Source: Patescibacteria group bacterium
Lineage (GTDB): Bacteria > Patescibacteriota > Minisyncoccia > UBA6257 > HR35
Reading direction: 5' to 3'
DNA: 32,000 nt
NCBI GenBank assembly: GCA_030549845.1
Contig: JAUQQN010000001.1
Coordinates: forward strand, 240,001-272,000
The position numbers and the translations under genes were made by a program. This document shows positions 7,465 to 18,878 of the stretch, one piece after another. The stretch's first letter is position 1, and each line of letters opens with the position of its first letter. The notes under the pieces were generated by a model. It was not told the DNA's origin, searched no databases, and worked only from the letters and a program-made list of their open reading frames with translations.

Positions 7465-8881
7465 TTAATTTATCTATTGCTTTATTTATTAATTCTAGGC
7501 TTTTTTCTTTCCCATAAATTAACATAATATCTATCGGAGGAGGAGATGCTTCTAAGCCTGTTAAGGCTACTCTTAATGGCCAATATGTTAAACCCTTGTC
7601 TTCGCTTAAGGTATCTAAAACCTGCTTGATAAATTCATAATTAAATTTATCCTCAGGAATATTCTTTATATTTTCTCTAACATTTATTAAAGAACTTTTT
7701 ATTTGATCAAAAGTATAATCTTTCCATATTAATAGCTCTTTTGGATAATCAAATTTTTCATATAAAAACTTCATGGTTTCGAAAATTTCTTTTATAGTAT
7801 TTGCTCTTTCTTTCCCAAGTTCTATTATTTTATAAGTAATTTCTTTTGGGTATTTATTTAAGTAATCTCTTAAATATTTTAGATACTCATCAGCTAAAAT
7901 GATTTTTTCAATTTCTTGTGAGGTTTTTTTCCTCAAATAAAATTTATTTAACCAAATTAATTTTTTTGAATTAAATACTGCCGATCTTTTTTCAACGTCT
8001 TCCAAGTTAAATTCTTTGATAACCTCTTCTATACTTATAATTTCTTTCTCTCTTTTAGGATGCCAACCTAATAATACCAAAAAATTTAAGATTGCTTCTG
8101 GTAAAAAACCTTCAGCTCTATATTCTTTTATACTCTTAGCCCCGTGTCTTTTCGAAAGCTTACCTCCTGCTTCACCTAAAATCAGTGGAATATGAGCATA
8201 AATAGGTGGTTTCCAATTCATGGCTTTATAAATTAATATTTGTTTAGGGGTATTTGGTATATGTTCAGCGCCTCTTATTACATGGGTGATTCCTTGATAA
8301 TAATCATCTACAGGGGTAGCTAAATGAAATAATGGTTCATTTTCTGATTTTGCAATTACAAAATCGCCTATTAATCTTAAATCATATTTAATTTCACCTC
8401 GCAATAAATCTTTAAATGTTAAAACTTGTTCTGGCACCTTTAGTCTTATTACATAAGGCACATTTCTTGAAAGTTTCTCATTTATTTCTTCTTTTGTTAG
8501 CTTGGAGCATGTTCCATCGTATCTTGGTGGTTCGCCTTTTGTGATTTGCTCAAGTCTTTTGTTCTCTAGTTCTTCTTTTGAACAAAAACACCTATACGCC
8601 TTTCCTTTATTTAATAATTCTTCAATAACTCTTTTATAAATTTCTATTCTCTCTGACTGAAATATAGGACCTTCGTCATAATTTATACCTAACCATTGTA
8701 GGCTTTCGATTATATCATCAACAAATTCTTTTTTTGACCTCTCTCTGTCTGTATCTTCTATTCTTAAAATGAAAACTCCTTTTTGGTTTTTAGCAAAAAG
8801 AAAATTAAACAGAGCAGTTCTTGCAGATCCCAAATGTAGATATCCTGTAGGAGAAGGAGCAAATCTTGTTCTTACAACCAT
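7445..8881 (-). CDS. gltX: glutamyl-tRNA synthetase
   Basis: 478 aa. RFAPSPTGYLHLGSARTALFN is the HIGH region and KLSKRHG is the KMSKS-type loop. Confidence 0.9.
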   Translation of the reverse strand: MVVRTRFAPSPTGYLHLGSARTALFNFLFAKNQKGVFILRIEDTDRERSKKEFVDDIIESLQWLGINYDEGPIFQSERIEIYKRVIEELLNKGKAYRCFCSKEELENKRLEQITKGEPPRYDGTCSKLTKEEINEKLSRNVPYVIRLKVPEQVLTFKDLLRGEIKYDLRLIGDFVIAKSENEPLFHLATPVDDYYQGITHVIRGAEHIPNTPKQILIYKAMNWKPPIYAHIPLILGEAGGKLSKRHGAKSIKEYRAEGFLPEAILNFLVLLGWHPKREKEIISIEEVIKEFNLEDVEKRSAVFNSKKLIWLNKFYLRKKTSQEIEKIILADEYLKYLRDYLNKYPKEITYKIIELGKERANTIKEIFETMKFLYEKFDYPKELLIWKDYTFDQIKSSLINVRENIKNIPEDKFNYEFIKQVLDTLSEDKGLTYWPLRVALTGLEASPPPIDIMLIYGKEKSLELINKAIDKLNDIQIS

Positions 8882-8889
8882 TAATTAAA

Positions 8890-10140
8890 TTATAAATAAA
8901 CTTCTTTATAACTTGGTAAGCTTATCAAAACTTTAGTTCCTTTGCCTTCTTCTGAAGTAATAGAAATTGTACCTTTATGGATATTTATTAGGTTTTTAGC
9001 TAAATATAAACCTATACCTGTACCAGTAGGTTTTATTTCTTTTGCAGACAAAGAGCGATAAAATTTTTCAAACATTTTAAGTAAATCTTTTTCTGAAATC
9101 CCAATTCCTGTATCCTCTATTGAAATTTTAACCTCGGATTTCTCTTTATCTTTTTCTACTTTTATGTTAATCTCCCCTCCGATTTTATTGTAATCAACTG
9201 CATTTTCTATTATAGGGTATAGAGCAAAGAATAAGATTTTTTTATCAAAGGGAAATCTTTTTACTTCTTCTTCTATCTCAATATTAACTTTTAATTTTTT
9301 TTCATTTATTTCAAAATTTAAAAGCGATAAACAGGAAAGTATTAATTCTTCAATATCATTTTCTTCTATTGATAATTCTATTTTCTTTTCTTCAACTCTA
9401 CTTGTTAGTAAAATAGATTCAACTAAAGCTATGGATTTTGAAATAAGATTTAAAAAATTCTTTATTGACTCTTTTTCTTCTTCTGGTATATTTTCAGACT
9501 TTGCTAATGACTCTAAAAACCACCTAATTTGATTCAATGGTGTTCTTAAATGATGGCTAATTAAACTAACAAATTCATTTTTATTTTTTATTTCTTTAAA
9601 TAAGATAGACTTATCGATAATTATTTTTGAATTATATTCTTCTTTATCAAAGCGCAATTTTGTTGTAATTAGGTCAAATACTATCTCATCTTTGTAATTT
9701 ACTTCTACAATGTCTTTATTGTCTTCCCTAGCTTGAATTTTAGTTGCGATTAATGATGGAAAAAATACCAAAGAAAGTTTGGTGTAAATAGGATTTTTGG
9801 TAACCCAGGTATCTAATTGAAGACTTAAAAGGGCGTCTTTTTTTAGTCCTGTAAATTCTTCAAAAGCTTTATTTACATAAATTATTTTCATCTCGTTATC
9901 ATATAAGCATATAGGGGTGTTTATAGCTTCGAGAATATTTACAAATTTTTCAAAAGACTTTTCTCTTTTTATAAATAGAAATCTAGAAAAATACAAAATA
10001 CCGATTATTCCCAAAAATATTAAAACAATATTAGCAAAAATAACTATTTTTACGTGATTAAACTCCTGCAAAAATAATCCTATTAAATTGAAAACAAGAT
10101 AAATACCAAAAATAGCAATTAAAAATTGTCTTAAACTCAT
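8890..10140 (-). CDS. membrane-bound sensor histidine kinase (PAS-like, HisKA and HATPase domains)
   Basis: H-box SHHLRTPLNQI and G-boxes DTGIGI / GTGIGLYL. Two N-terminal transmembrane helices. No response regulator is present in the window. Confidence 0.8.
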   Translation of the reverse strand: MSLRQFLIAIFGIYLVFNLIGLFLQEFNHVKIVIFANIVLIFLGIIGILYFSRFLFIKREKSFEKFVNILEAINTPICLYDNEMKIIYVNKAFEEFTGLKKDALLSLQLDTWVTKNPIYTKLSLVFFPSLIATKIQAREDNKDIVEVNYKDEIVFDLITTKLRFDKEEYNSKIIIDKSILFKEIKNKNEFVSLISHHLRTPLNQIRWFLESLAKSENIPEEEKESIKNFLNLISKSIALVESILLTSRVEEKKIELSIEENDIEELILSCLSLLNFEINEKKLKVNIEIEEEVKRFPFDKKILFFALYPIIENAVDYNKIGGEINIKVEKDKEKSEVKISIEDTGIGISEKDLLKMFEKFYRSLSAKEIKPTGTGIGLYLAKNLINIHKGTISITSEEGKGTKVLISLPSYKEVYL

Positions 10141-12647
10141 TGCTTTAAATCAGCTAAGTTTTTGCCTAATGAATACTTTACTTTTAAAGGTACAGCTAAT
10201 TGGACAGGTTTTTCCATTAATTCAATTAATTTATCTAACACTTTTTCAATTATATCATCTTTTATTTCAAAAATTATTTCATCATGAATTTGCAAAACCA
10301 TTTTTATTTCTTCTTTCAGATTATTTTTTTCAATATAATCAAAAATATTTGCCATTGCTAATTTTATAATCTCAGAAGCTGTACCTTGAATAGGAGTGTT
10401 TATTGCTATTCTAAATGCTTTGTTTTGTTCTGAGTAAGATCTTGAATATATCTCGGGAATAAATCTTTTTCTTCCTAAGATAGTTTCTGTATAACCATAT
10501 GCTTTTGCTTTTTCTATAAAATCGTCGACCATCTTTTTTACTCCTGGAAAATTTTTAAAATATTTTTCAATCAAATTCTTGCATTCACTTAGGGGTAATT
10601 GTATCCTTTCTTGAAGACCTTTTGGTGTAATGCCATATAATATTCCAAAATTTATGATTTTAGCTAACCTTCTAGTTTTTTCATTTTCTTCTTTAAAAAG
10701 AAGCTTAGCAGTAATGCTATGGACATCTAAATTTTGATTAAAAATAGCAACGAGATTTTCGTCATTAGAAAAATGCGCAGCTATTCTTAATTCTATTTGA
10801 GAGTAATCTAGGGCAAGAAATGAAAAACCAGGTGAGGATACAAAACAATATCTTAGTTTTTTAGCAAGCTCTCCTTCTATAGGTATGTTTTGCAAATTTG
10901 GCTCTTCAGAAGAAATTCTTCCTGTAGCAGATCCAGTTATTTCAAAATTTGTGTTTATTTTATTATTTTTATCTATGTATTTTTCTAGTCCAGAAATAAA
11001 TGTTGTCAAGATTTTGTTATATTCTCTATAAGTCAGAATTTTTTCAATAATAGGATGAGTTCCTATAAGTTTTAAAAGCTCGCTTTCTTGTGTAGATATT
11101 TCTCCTTTTGGTGTTTTCTTTAAACCCTTTGGACTTATTTTTAATTTATCAAAAAGAATATACCTTAATTCAATAGGTGAATTTATATTAAATGGAGTTT
11201 TTGCTAATTCAAAAATTTCTTTTTTTATTTTATCTAATTCATTTTTTAAATATAATTTAAACTCATTAAGTCTTGCTAGGTCTACTGAGATTCCATTTAG
11301 TTCCATAATAGCTAAAATTATGCTTATTTTTTGATCCAACAATAAAACTTTAATTAAATTTAATTCATCAATTTTTTTCAAAAGGTCTTCATAAATATTT
11401 TCATAATTTTCTAAAACAAAATTTTTTATATCTTTTTCATCAAAAAGAGTTTTAGGAGAATAAAAATTTGCTAGTTTTTCTAAGGTAATCTTATTCAAGT
11501 TTGAAGTTAACCATAGGGCTATTTTGATATCAAAAAATTTCTCATAAGGTAAAACTTCTTTCAAAATTAAATAGCTCTTTTTAAAAAATTGTTTCAAATC
11601 AAATATTACTAATTTTTCTGCTTCTAATATTTTTCTTAAGTTTTCTTCATTATAATCCAGTTCATAAAATTTATCGGAAATTTTAGTATAAAAATTTTTC
11701 TCAAAAGGAAGTAGAAATATAATGTTATTTATTTCAGAAATTTTTGTCTGGTAATTTATTGGTCTTTGGGGAAAAAGTGTTAGAGGAGGTTGTTTATTTG
11801 TTTTTTTAATTAACCTTTCAATTATTGATTTAAAACCGAGCTCTTGCAAAAAAGGTAGTAACTTTTCTATGTCAGGAAATCTGTACTCTTTTAAGTTTAC
11901 ATTTATGTCTAGATTTCTTATAATCTTTGCTAATTCTTTGTTGAGGAGTAATTTTTCTTTGTTCTCTAAAATTAGTTTTCTAAAAGCAGGATCTACAGCT
12001 CCTTTTTCAGCTTTTTCAATGATTTCTTCTATTGAACCATATTTTTGGATTAAATGTGCCGCTGTTTTTTCTCCTATTCCTTTTATACCGATTATATTGT
12101 CAGAAGGATCACCAACTAAAGCTTTAAGATCGGGTAAAAGTTCAGGTTTTATACCAAACCTTTCTATTACCTTTTTTTCATCATAAATATCAACTTCTCT
12201 AATTCCTTTTTTAAGGAAATAAATTATTGTATTTTTATCAACTAATTGAAGAGTGTCTAAATCTCCTGAAACAATTATGTTTTGGTTTTCATTATCAACT
12301 AAACTTCCTATAACATCATCTGCTTCATAGTTTGTTTTTTCAACAATAGGAATATCGAAGCAATTTAAAAGTTTTTTAATTAAGGGAATTTGTATTTTTA
12401 AATCATCTGGTGTTTTTGGTCTTGTAGCTTTATATTCTTTTGCTTTCAAATGCCTAAATGTAGGGACAGGGCTATCAAAGCAAGCTATTATATAATTAGG
12501 TTTTTCTTCATCAATAAGCCTTAAAATAATATTTGCCATACCATAAACTGCATTTACGGGAATATTTTTAGGAGATTTCAAATAAGGCAAAGCGTGGTAA
12601 ACTCTATGAATCAGAGAATTTGTATCTAAAAGAATTTTCTTTTTCAT
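10137..12647 (-). CDS. polA: DNA polymerase I
   Basis: 836 aa with an N-terminal 5' nuclease region. Family A motifs are DYSQIELR, RRLAKIINFGILYG and QIHDEIIFE. Confidence 0.9.
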   Translation of the reverse strand: MKKKILLDTNSLIHRVYHALPYLKSPKNIPVNAVYGMANIILRLIDEEKPNYIIACFDSPVPTFRHLKAKEYKATRPKTPDDLKIQIPLIKKLLNCFDIPIVEKTNYEADDVIGSLVDNENQNIIVSGDLDTLQLVDKNTIIYFLKKGIREVDIYDEKKVIERFGIKPELLPDLKALVGDPSDNIIGIKGIGEKTAAHLIQKYGSIEEIIEKAEKGAVDPAFRKLILENKEKLLLNKELAKIIRNLDINVNLKEYRFPDIEKLLPFLQELGFKSIIERLIKKTNKQPPLTLFPQRPINYQTKISEINNIIFLLPFEKNFYTKISDKFYELDYNEENLRKILEAEKLVIFDLKQFFKKSYLILKEVLPYEKFFDIKIALWLTSNLNKITLEKLANFYSPKTLFDEKDIKNFVLENYENIYEDLLKKIDELNLIKVLLLDQKISIILAIMELNGISVDLARLNEFKLYLKNELDKIKKEIFELAKTPFNINSPIELRYILFDKLKISPKGLKKTPKGEISTQESELLKLIGTHPIIEKILTYREYNKILTTFISGLEKYIDKNNKINTNFEITGSATGRISSEEPNLQNIPIEGELAKKLRYCFVSSPGFSFLALDYSQIELRIAAHFSNDENLVAIFNQNLDVHSITAKLLFKEENEKTRRLAKIINFGILYGITPKGLQERIQLPLSECKNLIEKYFKNFPGVKKMVDDFIEKAKAYGYTETILGRKRFIPEIYSRSYSEQNKAFRIAINTPIQGTASEIIKLAMANIFDYIEKNNLKEEIKMVLQIHDEIIFEIKDDIIEKVLDKLIELMEKPVQLAVPLKVKYSLGKNLADLKQ

Positions 12648-13093
12648 TTTTCTTCAATGTTTACTTCCCTAAATTTTCCTATCTTTTTGATTGAAATTTT
12701 TATGTATTTAATTTTGTTTTTTAAAAGATAGCTCTCTAATTTTTCTCCCCACTCTATTAAAAAAATATTAAATTTTCTTTTTAACTGTTTTTTTAAGTTT
12801 AACCTTAAAATATCTTTTGCTGAAATTCTGTAAAGATCAATATGGTTTAAAAAATAATTTGCTTTATTTAATTTAAGTGGATAAATTTGCCATAAAATGA
12901 ATGATGGGCTTTTTAGGCTTTCTTTTATTCCTAAATTTTTAGCAATTTCTTTTATAAAAGTAGTCTTACCAGCCCCTAAGTGTCCACAGAATATTACAAT
13001 TAATCTTTTTTTCTTTTTTAAGTCTTTTTTTATTTTATTTGCAAGAGTTTTTAAAAATTTTTTAGACTCCTTTAATGATTTAAAGATCATCAA
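12644..13093 (-). CDS. tsaE: tRNA t6A37 biosynthesis ATPase TsaE
   Basis: 149 aa. P-loop GHLGAGKTTF and the size are typical of the TsaE/YjeE family. Confidence 0.75.
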   Translation of the reverse strand: MMIFKSLKESKKFLKTLANKIKKDLKKKKRLIVIFCGHLGAGKTTFIKEIAKNLGIKESLKSPSFILWQIYPLKLNKANYFLNHIDLYRISAKDILRLNLKKQLKRKFNIFLIEWGEKLESYLLKNKIKYIKISIKKIGKFREVNIEEK

Positions 13094-13112
13094 AAAATTT
13101 TACCAAATTTAA

Positions 13113-13136
13113 GATGCCCTCCTTAAGGAGGGCATC
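13113..13136 (-). terminator. GC hairpin terminator after the acidic ORF
   Basis: GATGCCCTCC-TTAA-GGAGGGCATC, 4 nt past the stop. The T-run is stronger on the plus side (TTTTTATT) and the minus side reads TTAAATTT. Confidence 0.45.
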
Positions 13137-13139
13137 TTT

Positions 13140-13322
13140 TTATTCGACTTCTTCTCCTGCTTCTTCTAAATCTTCAAACTCTTCTTCGAACTCTTCTTCT
13201 TCTGGTTCTTCTTCAAACTCATATTCTTCTGTTTCAAATTCTTCTTCATCCCACTCTTCTTCATCCCATTCCTCTTCAGCACCTAATTCTTCCTCTTCTA
13301 ACTCTTCTTCATCCTGAAGCAT
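13140..13322 (-). CDS. hyper-acidic 60-aa protein (Glu/Asp-rich with spaced Trp/Phe/Tyr)
   Basis: AAGGA lies 8 nt upstream of the ATG at 13322. Translation is MLQDEEELEEEELGAEEEWDEEEWDEEEFETEEYEFEEEPEEEEFEEEFEDLEEAGEEVE. It is on the same strand as its neighbours and is followed by a hairpin. Confidence 0.5.
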   Translation of the reverse strand: MLQDEEELEEEELGAEEEWDEEEWDEEEFETEEYEFEEEPEEEEFEEEFEDLEEAGEEVE

Positions 13323-13364
13323 TACTAATTTCCTTATCATTAGATTCCAATTTTTAATGCGACC

Positions 13365-14078
13365 TCATTTGATATTACTGTAAACCTCATGAATATCTTG
13401 GTGCTCTAATAATTCTTCAATTAAATCATTAATTTTATTTAAAACTTCTTTGTTATTTTCAATATTAACATAAGTTTTAGGAATTAATTGAATTTCTGTG
13501 GATAAAACGTTAATATTTTTATTTTCCAAAATTTCCTTTAATTTATAAAGGTTATTAATAGATGTGTACAAAATTATTTTATCGTCTTTTTCGTCAAAAT
13601 CTTCTAAGTAATCTTGCAATTCGACTAAAATTTCATCTGACAACAAATTTTTATCTATTTCAATAACTCCCTTTTCTTCAAACATCCATAAAACCGAACC
13701 AGGTTCTGCTAACTTACTTTCGTATTTATTCAAAATATGTTTTATTTCGCTTATTGTCCGATTCTTATTATCGGTTAAACCTTTTGCAATTAGTCCAACT
13801 CCAAATGGCGTATAAATTTCTAGCAAAATTTCTTCTAATTTAACATCTTCTAATTGACCCTGAGCTTTTTTGATATTTCTTTCAATTGTTTCTTGGGACA
13901 CACCAAAGTCTTTAGCTCTTTCAATTGCATTTCTAAGTTTTGGATTATTTTGAGGATCAGGATTTTCCTTTGCAGCAATTAATATAGCATTAATCAATTT
14001 TGCAATTAACTGGCTTCTCTTTTTATCAACTATGGCTTTTTTATGTTTTACTTGAGCCCAATGAGAATGACCAGCCAT
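13365..14078 (-). CDS. yebC: YebC/PmpR (TACO1) family protein
   Basis: The canonical N-terminus MAGHSHWAQVKHKKA starts at ATG 14078. The track ORF's extra 18 codons run into the 23S processing stem. Confidence 0.85.
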   Translation of the reverse strand: MAGHSHWAQVKHKKAIVDKKRSQLIAKLINAILIAAKENPDPQNNPKLRNAIERAKDFGVSQETIERNIKKAQGQLEDVKLEEILLEIYTPFGVGLIAKGLTDNKNRTISEIKHILNKYESKLAEPGSVLWMFEEKGVIEIDKNLLSDEILVELQDYLEDFDEKDDKIILYTSINNLYKLKEILENKNINVLSTEIQLIPKTYVNIENNKEVLNKINDLIEELLEHQDIHEVYSNIK

Positions 14079-14107
14079 TTTACTAAAGTAGTTATGATAA
14101 TTAAAAA

Positions 14108-14126
14108 AGTACAGTTTTCTGCACCT

Positions 14127-14134
<8 letters not shown>
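14108..14134 (-). other. 3' strand of the 23S processing stem
   Basis: AGTACAGTTTTCTGCACCTCAGCAAGT is the reverse complement of 17057-17083 except for one position, which gives a G.U pair. Confidence 0.7.
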
Positions 14135-17056
<2,922 letters not shown>

Positions 17057-17064
<8 letters not shown>

Positions 17065-17083
17065 AGGTACAGAAAACTGTACT
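17057..17083 (-). other. 5' strand of the 23S processing stem
   Basis: ACTTGCTGAGGTACAGAAAACTGTACT pairs with 14108-14134 (27 bp). Confidence 0.7.
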
Positions 17084-17225
17084 TTTCATCAATTACTTTC
17101 TTTGTAAATTTAATATAAGGGTGCTATATCCACTTTTATTTCTCTAGCTTCTTTGGCTATATTTAGAATAAAAATAAAAGAAAAAATTCAATAACCCTCA
17201 AATCTTATCTTTCTTACTAAAATTA

Positions 17226-17254
17226 ATTATATATTAAATGTTGATAAATTTCAA
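17226..17254 (-). promoter_or_regulatory. candidate rRNA promoter
   Basis: Minus strand reads TTGAAA (17249-17254), a 17-nt spacer, then TATAAT (17226-17231). It lies about 140 nt upstream of the processing stem and immediately after the stop of the upstream gene. Confidence 0.45.
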
Positions 17255-17258
17255 GCAA

Positions 17259-17957
17259 TTATTCAAAAAATCTCTCTTTTATTTTATGTAAAGCTTCTTT
17301 AGCAAATTCCTGGCCACCTAATCCAAAAGCTAAACCAAAAGAAATTGCGAATGCCAAAACTACTCCAGCTATTATTAAGCCTATGATTTCCCTGGCTATG
17401 TTAAGTTGATACAATGCACTTGCTATACCAAAAATTAGAACCACATAGAAAATAAATTCAGAAGCTGTTTTAGCTCCCCTTAGCTCTAATCCTTTAAACC
17501 AAACATAAGAAACTTTTCTTAAAAAGTCACCTAAAAAGAATGCAATTATTACAATTACACCACTTACTATTGCATTTGGTAAATAGTTAACTATTTTCAC
17601 TAAAAAGTCACTTATTTGTCTCCAACCTAAAATGTCAAAAGCTGGCATCCAAAAAAGTGCCCAGACAACCCAAAATGTTAAAGTACCTAAAAATTCTTCA
17701 GTCTTCAATGCAACATTTGTTTTTTCTAACCACTTTTCAAACCCAATATTTCTTAAAAGATCATTGATTTTTAATCTCTCAACTAACCATCTTATAGCAA
17801 ACTCAAAGACCTTTGCAACTAAAAACCCTATTATTACTATTACTAAGGCTACAACAAATAAAGCTAGGAAATTAAAAATCTTTGCTACATAATTTGCGGT
17901 ATAAAAACCTAAGAGCTCTAATGGAGTTTGGAATGCATAAGGTCCACTTGATGGCAT
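17259..17957 (-). CDS. multi-pass membrane protein (resembles conserved-TM-helix / MscS-associated proteins)
   Basis: 232 aa with 5-6 hydrophobic segments. The family assignment comes from general resemblance only. Confidence 0.5.
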   Translation of the reverse strand: MPSSGPYAFQTPLELLGFYTANYVAKIFNFLALFVVALVIVIIGFLVAKVFEFAIRWLVERLKINDLLRNIGFEKWLEKTNVALKTEEFLGTLTFWVVWALFWMPAFDILGWRQISDFLVKIVNYLPNAIVSGVIVIIAFFLGDFLRKVSYVWFKGLELRGAKTASEFIFYVVLIFGIASALYQLNIAREIIGLIIAGVVLAFAISFGLAFGLGGQEFAKEALHKIKERFFE

Positions 17958-18079
17958 ATTTTATTTATTTAACTTTAATCCGATTAGCCATTTCGGCAAT
18001 CGGATTTTGATTTTTAAGGTTAATTGTTAATTATTAATTATTAAAAATTTTAACATACAACTTAAAAAATATTTTTGAT

Positions 18080-18091
18080 ATTGTGGATAAG
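18080..18091. promoter_or_regulatory. ATTGTGGATAAG 12-mer containing a perfect DnaA-box core TGTGGATAA
   Basis: Exact 12-mer match to the reverse complement of 27782-27793. It lies 13 nt upstream of the -35 element at 18105. Confidence 0.35.
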
Positions 18092-18104
18092 TTATATTTG
18101 CTAC

Positions 18105-18133
18105 TTGACTTTGAGGGTTAAAGGGATTATAAT
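18105..18133 (+). promoter_or_regulatory. sigma70-type promoter for leader E2
   Basis: TTGACT (18105-18110), a 17-nt spacer, then TATAAT (18128-18133). Confidence 0.5.
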
Positions 18134-18139
18134 TATAGA

Positions 18140-18291
18140 TTAAATGAGTAAAATTTGTTTGGGAAATAAAAATTATAAAAAATTGTTTATTACAGCAGCC
18201 CCGGTTAAGGCTAGAGGGGGCCTATTTGGGGTTTAGTTTAATTATCAAAAATCTAAAACTCCAAATAGGCCCCTAAATAAGGGGCCTTTTT
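18140..18291 (+). ncRNA. leader E2: candidate attenuator or ~150-nt small RNA (mini-ORF, 13-15 bp antiterminator hairpin, terminator)
   Basis: A 30-codon ORF spans 18144..18236. The long stem pairs 18217-18229 with 18261-18273. The terminator stem AGGCCCC (18267-18273) / GGGGCCT (18281-18287) plus TTTTT shares its 5' arm with the long stem. Confidence 0.4.
18267..18291 (+). terminator. intrinsic terminator inside leader E2
   Basis: AGGCCCC-TAAATAA-GGGGCCT followed by TTTTT. It ends 24 nt before the ATG at 18315. Confidence 0.5.
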
Positions 18292-18314
18292 AAATTAAGT
18301 TAAGCGAAATTAAA

Positions 18315-18878
18315 ATGCAAATTTTAGAAAGACTGGAAAAACTTAATATAGAGAAAATAGATCAAGAAAGGTTAAAAAATTTCTTTTCTAATTTAACCTC
18401 TGAAGAGATAGAGGTAATTTTAGATTTAGTTAAAAATTTAGATTTTTACAAAATACGAATAGAAAATTTAGATATAGATGATGAAGAATTAAAGAAAAAC
18501 CTGATTGTAAACTTGGCATTTAGAAATGAAGCAAAATCAATCTCAAAAGAATTAATCGAAGTTGAGAGAAATCTTTTAAAAACAATTAATACGTTGCCTT
18601 CGGAAATAAAAAGAAAAATTTCTATAGCTTATATTTTAAAAGGATTGCACATTTTGAATTTAAACAAAAATCAAGAAATATTCAAGTACAAAAAGATAAT
18701 TTTGAAGTATTTCCATGATCTTGGTGGATTTAAAACAGGACTTTGGGGAATAAAAATTGATTACGATTTATTTGAAAATATAATAGAAAATATCAATGAA
18801 GATCTGATCAGAAAATTAGAAGCAAAAAATAGGGTATTAAACAAAGAAGAATTTATAATGCTTAGAAATCTATTTTAA
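18315..18878 (+). CDS. hypothetical protein (187 aa, helical, K/E/N-rich)
   Basis: ORF-track frame. I recognise no motif. Confidence 0.5.
   Translation: MQILERLEKLNIEKIDQERLKNFFSNLTSEEIEVILDLVKNLDFYKIRIENLDIDDEELKKNLIVNLAFRNEAKSISKELIEVERNLLKTINTLPSEIKRKISIAYILKGLHILNLNKNQEIFKYKKIILKYFHDLGGFKTGLWGIKIDYDLFENIIENINEDLIRKLEAKNRVLNKEEFIMLRNLF

Noticed and set aside
13114-13317. Plus-strand 67-aa poly-Ser ORF.
   Set aside because: It is the mirror frame of the (GAA)n tract. It runs opposite to all surrounding genes and has no ribosome-binding site, whereas the minus-strand acidic ORF has AAGGA and a downstream hairpin.
17958-18314. Possible replication origin, based on a DnaA box, an AT-rich repeat tract and a long run of minus-strand genes to the left.
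   Set aside because: Only one perfect box is present, dnaA and dnaN are not nearby, and gene orientation to the right is mixed. It is kept only as a low-interest finding.
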